From positions 20,728-84,727 of IMG/VR virus record IMGVR_UViG_3300011008_000032: a DNA stretch of 64,000 bases. One strand, written 5' to 3'. The notes beneath the pieces were generated by a model. The model made no database searches, was not told where the DNA came from, and was given only the letters and a program-made list of their open reading frames with translations. Position 1 is the first letter of the stretch. Each line of letters starts with the position of its first letter. Positions 60,848 to 64,000 of the stretch are shown piece by piece. The DNA is from a virus (lineage: Duplodnaviria; Caudoviricetes). A program made the position numbers and the translations under genes.

Positions 60848-62518
60848 ATGGCAAGAATTAAAGGTACTTTAAAACTTTCTTCTAATATTGAACCTCAGGT
60901 GGGTGCGCCCTTAGACGCGAGAAGTATAGTCCCTACCGAAGCTGACTTGTATGCCGCAGGAAGTTTTGATTATAGCTATATTGGTATGATCGTATCAGTT
61001 CAAGCAACTGGTGATGTATATATTTTGAAGGCAAAGCCTACGACTGTAGAAGGGAACTGGGATAAAGTCGCAGGTGGCGGTGATATGAGCAATTATTATA
61101 CTAAGACTCAAATTAACGAGGGTTGGTATAACAAAGAGCAAGTTGATGCTATTATCGCTTCTGTTTATAAGCCTGCCGGAAGTGCAACTCTGGCCACTCT
61201 TCCTACATTGGCTAAAGATGTACTTGGTAATGTTTATAACATGACAGAAGATTTTACAACTACTGCAGATTTCGTTGAAGGTGCCGGTAAGAAGTATGGC
61301 GTTGGATCTAATGTTGTTGTAGTTGATCTTGGTTCTGGAGAATACGTTGCAGTTACTCCTGTTGGGGATGAGAATCCTTCTGAAGAGGGCTGGTATGAAT
61401 ATGATTCAGAAGCAGCCAAATATGTTTTAAGCACTGATACTGAAGTAGATGGAACAAAAACTTATTATGTAATAGATACTAATTATAAGTTTGATGTTCT
61501 TCCCGGTTTCGTTGATCTCTCTGGATATCAGTTAAAGTTTCAGGTATCTGAACTTCCTGAAGCTAGTGAAGATGAAGAAGGTAATATTTATCAGTATATA
61601 GGTGCTTCTACAAGCGATTACATCAATGGATATTTCTATATTTGTCAAGAAATAACTCCTGCAACCGATCCTAAAACTTACGAATGGGTAAGAAAGAATG
61701 TTCAGGACATGGGTGGAACGGGCGAACTTTCTGATGTTCTTAATGTAACTAAGGCTGCTGGTGGTATTGCGGTTGGTGCTACTTATAATGCTGGCACTAT
61801 CTTTGAGAAACTCTGGAGAGATTTGCTTAATCCTCTTGAGTATCCTACATTCACTGCTCCTTCTGCATCACTTAGTGCTACTGGGGCAAAGATTCTTGAA
61901 ATAGGTGACACATTAGAGACAACAATTACCGCAACATTTAACCGTGGTGCAATTACACCTGCGTATGGAACGAGTGGATATCGTGCAGGTGCCGCTGAAT
62001 CTTATTCACTTAATGGTGGCACTGCACAGGCTAGTAATACATTCACCGTAACAGTAGATGAAACCAACGATACCTTTACTGTTACTATCGCATATGCTGA
62101 AGGTGAACAGCCTAAGGATAGTTCTGGTGCTGATTATGACACTCCGCTTTCTGCTGGTACTGTGACATCTTCTGCGCTTACATATGAATTTGTAAATGCA
62201 CTTTGGGCAAATACAGCTAGTATTACGGATGTTGCTAAGTTAGATCTTGTCAGCAAGTCTGCCAAGATTAAAGAGTTTACATTCCCGGCTGCAACTATCG
62301 CAAATCCCGAGATTTTCGATATTCCTGCAGATTGGACTGTAACTGCAGTTGAGGTATTAAATACTCTTTCTAATACTTGGGAAGATTGTTCAAGCGAGTT
62401 TACAGTTAGTGATACTGTTCATGATGATGCAGCTGGTACTGAAACTGCTTATAAGAGGTATACATGTAATCTTGGCTATGCTATGGGTACAAGACAGGTT
62501 AGAGTAAAGTGGTCTTAA
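60848..62518 (+). CDS. modular fibre/adhesin-like virion protein B
   Basis: N-terminal PLDAR module shared with the next gene; C-terminal region shared with the previous gene. Confidence 0.6.
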   Translation: MARIKGTLKLSSNIEPQVGAPLDARSIVPTEADLYAAGSFDYSYIGMIVSVQATGDVYILKAKPTTVEGNWDKVAGGGDMSNYYTKTQINEGWYNKEQVDAIIASVYKPAGSATLATLPTLAKDVLGNVYNMTEDFTTTADFVEGAGKKYGVGSNVVVVDLGSGEYVAVTPVGDENPSEEGWYEYDSEAAKYVLSTDTEVDGTKTYYVIDTNYKFDVLPGFVDLSGYQLKFQVSELPEASEDEEGNIYQYIGASTSDYINGYFYICQEITPATDPKTYEWVRKNVQDMGGTGELSDVLNVTKAAGGIAVGATYNAGTIFEKLWRDLLNPLEYPTFTAPSASLSATGAKILEIGDTLETTITATFNRGAITPAYGTSGYRAGAAESYSLNGGTAQASNTFTVTVDETNDTFTVTIAYAEGEQPKDSSGADYDTPLSAGTVTSSALTYEFVNALWANTASITDVAKLDLVSKSAKIKEFTFPAATIANPEIFDIPADWTVTAVEVLNTLSNTWEDCSSEFTVSDTVHDDAAGTETAYKRYTCNLGYAMGTRQVRVKWS

Positions 62519-62535
62519 TTTAGGAGGTGCACTAA

Positions 62536-63996
62536 ATGGCGCGAACAAGAGGAACATATACTCTCTCTGCTAATACAGAAATTTTAGCCTCTGCACCTCT
62601 TGATGCAAGAGAGAGGGTACAGTTAAAAACAGATTTAACAGCAGCAGGCACATTTCCATATCCTTACGAGGGTATGGAAGTGTATGTTGTTGAAGAAAAA
62701 AAGAAGTATAGATTGATCGGTGATGATCCTACGGTTTCTGGAAACTGGCAAGAAGTTGGTATTCAGGTTGAAACACTTCCTACTGCAAGTGCTGATGAGT
62801 TAGGAAATATTTATCAATACATTGGCGAAAGTGGTACTTATACTCATGGTTGCTTTTATGAGTGTGTTAAATTAATTGTACTTGGAGAATCTACTTATGA
62901 ATGGAAAATGCTAAATGTAATAAAAAATCCCGTTGTTAGTGCGGAACAGCCTTTTAATGTTAAAGACTATGAAGATGAGACTGTAATTGTTTACTCAGGA
63001 GAGGATCTTTATGATTTTAAACAAGGGCATCATTATATAGTTAAAAATAATATAGGTATGGATTTGTATTACTTAGCTGTAACTCAAAAAACTGGAGAAG
63101 AACCTTTATTTGCTTTCATTAAAAACAACCCCGCGCAGATAGGAGAGCATTTTTATGATGTTTCAGGATTTTGCATAGGAATCCTTACTGATATAACCGA
63201 TGTTTCGGCATCATTTTATCTTTTTAGTTCTCAAACCGTTAAGACTTATGATAACCCTCAAATTACAGACACTACTGCTCACTTTTCAGCAACCGATTAT
63301 TTCGATATTGGTGGAGGCGGTAGTAGTTATCAGTTTAGTGAAGATTTTGTTAATGAAGATAACAATGTATCTCTTGTGCCTGAACAAAGAATTTTCACAG
63401 GTACTCAAGCAGAGTGGGACGCATTAACTACTGAAGAAAAACTTACTTATGGACAAGTAAATATTACCGATGATGAGAGTGACCCAAGTGTTGTAGTAGA
63501 TGCAGTTACTAATGGTGATATGCATGCCGTTACAAGTAACGCAGTATATGATGAATTAAAAAAGGTGCAATCTCAAACTTATGAATGTTCTGGCCTCTTA
63601 ATTAATAGTCTTGCAGGCGAGATTTTGGGGTACGGACGTGCGACAGTAACCTTAAAAGATGGAGTAGCTGAAATAAAATTTTCAGCTAGGATACATTCAA
63701 ATACTATGACATCTACTTTTAGCTGGGGCTTAAATAGAGATTTATTACGTACTTTAATACCTAGTTTACCACAAATAACTCCAGTAAATACAAATTCTAA
63801 TTTACTATTTTTTGCTGCAAATGGTACTGCTTTAATTGACCTTATGGGTTATGGTGCCATGGCTTCAGGTCAAAATCAATTTTGGATACCCGCAAGAATG
63901 TATCAAACAAGCGGGGGCACAGGCGTTTGGGGTTCTGACCAATTCACAGTTAATTCGTATATTACGGGTACTGTATATGGAACATATACAGTTTAA
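62536..63996 (+). CDS. modular fibre/adhesin-like virion protein C
   Basis: PLDAR module plus YQYIG module, then a unique C-terminal region. Confidence 0.6.
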   Translation: MARTRGTYTLSANTEILASAPLDARERVQLKTDLTAAGTFPYPYEGMEVYVVEEKKKYRLIGDDPTVSGNWQEVGIQVETLPTASADELGNIYQYIGESGTYTHGCFYECVKLIVLGESTYEWKMLNVIKNPVVSAEQPFNVKDYEDETVIVYSGEDLYDFKQGHHYIVKNNIGMDLYYLAVTQKTGEEPLFAFIKNNPAQIGEHFYDVSGFCIGILTDITDVSASFYLFSSQTVKTYDNPQITDTTAHFSATDYFDIGGGGSSYQFSEDFVNEDNNVSLVPEQRIFTGTQAEWDALTTEEKLTYGQVNITDDESDPSVVVDAVTNGDMHAVTSNAVYDELKKVQSQTYECSGLLINSLAGEILGYGRATVTLKDGVAEIKFSARIHSNTMTSTFSWGLNRDLLRTLIPSLPQITPVNTNSNLLFFAANGTALIDLMGYGAMASGQNQFWIPARMYQTSGGTGVWGSDQFTVNSYITGTVYGTYTV

Positions 63997-64000
63997 TTAA

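Noticed and set aside
6927-63427. Numerous short antisense or alternate-frame ORFs in the ORF track overlapping long plus-strand genes
   Set aside because: Shadow ORFs: no RBS, low-complexity translations, and fully contained in well-supported genes.
62536-64000. Diversity-generating retroelement target in the last fibre gene
   Set aside because: No template repeat, adenine-specific variant copy or reverse transcriptase in the window.
1-64000. CRISPR array or stop-codon recoding
   Set aside because: No regularly spaced repeat-spacer units; long ORFs are intact under the standard bacterial code and all gene breaks are explained by introns.

Overview
This AT-rich 64 kb window is a contiguous segment of a large SPbeta-like tailed phage or prophage of a Firmicutes host (probably Clostridia/Lachnospiraceae; the host is an inference). 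Left end (1-5450, minus strand): a cluster of small early genes behind a long structured non-coding leader. The leader ends in a type-P1 twister ribozyme (4867-4948). From 5921 on, everything is on the plus strand in SPbeta-like order: winged-HTH protein, GT10-DUF1919 glycosyltransferase fusion, YonO-type single-subunit RNA polymerase, HU, ClpP-like protease, metallophosphoesterase, CAP protein, terminase, portal, protease/scaffold, major capsid, head-tail and tail genes, cysteine desulfurase, GT2-GT4 fusion, RuvC-like resolvase, tyrosine recombinase, tape measure, Dit/Tal/BppU-like proteins, holin-like genes and three modular fibre-like genes. Three essential virion genes are split by group I introns whose splice sites can be read from the sequence: large terminase (16492-16777, no ORF), major capsid (22699-23825, GIY-YIG endonuclease) and tape measure (41727-43034, Zn-finger/Vsr-like endonuclease). 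The spliced tape measure is about 3369 aa and carries an ADP-ribosyltransferase-like insert. Best leads: the twister-terminated ~500-nt structured RNA, the ART-like domain in the intron-split tape measure, and a candidate virion-glycosylation and sulfur-transfer module inside the tail operon. All family assignments come from recognising motifs by eye; no database searches were run.
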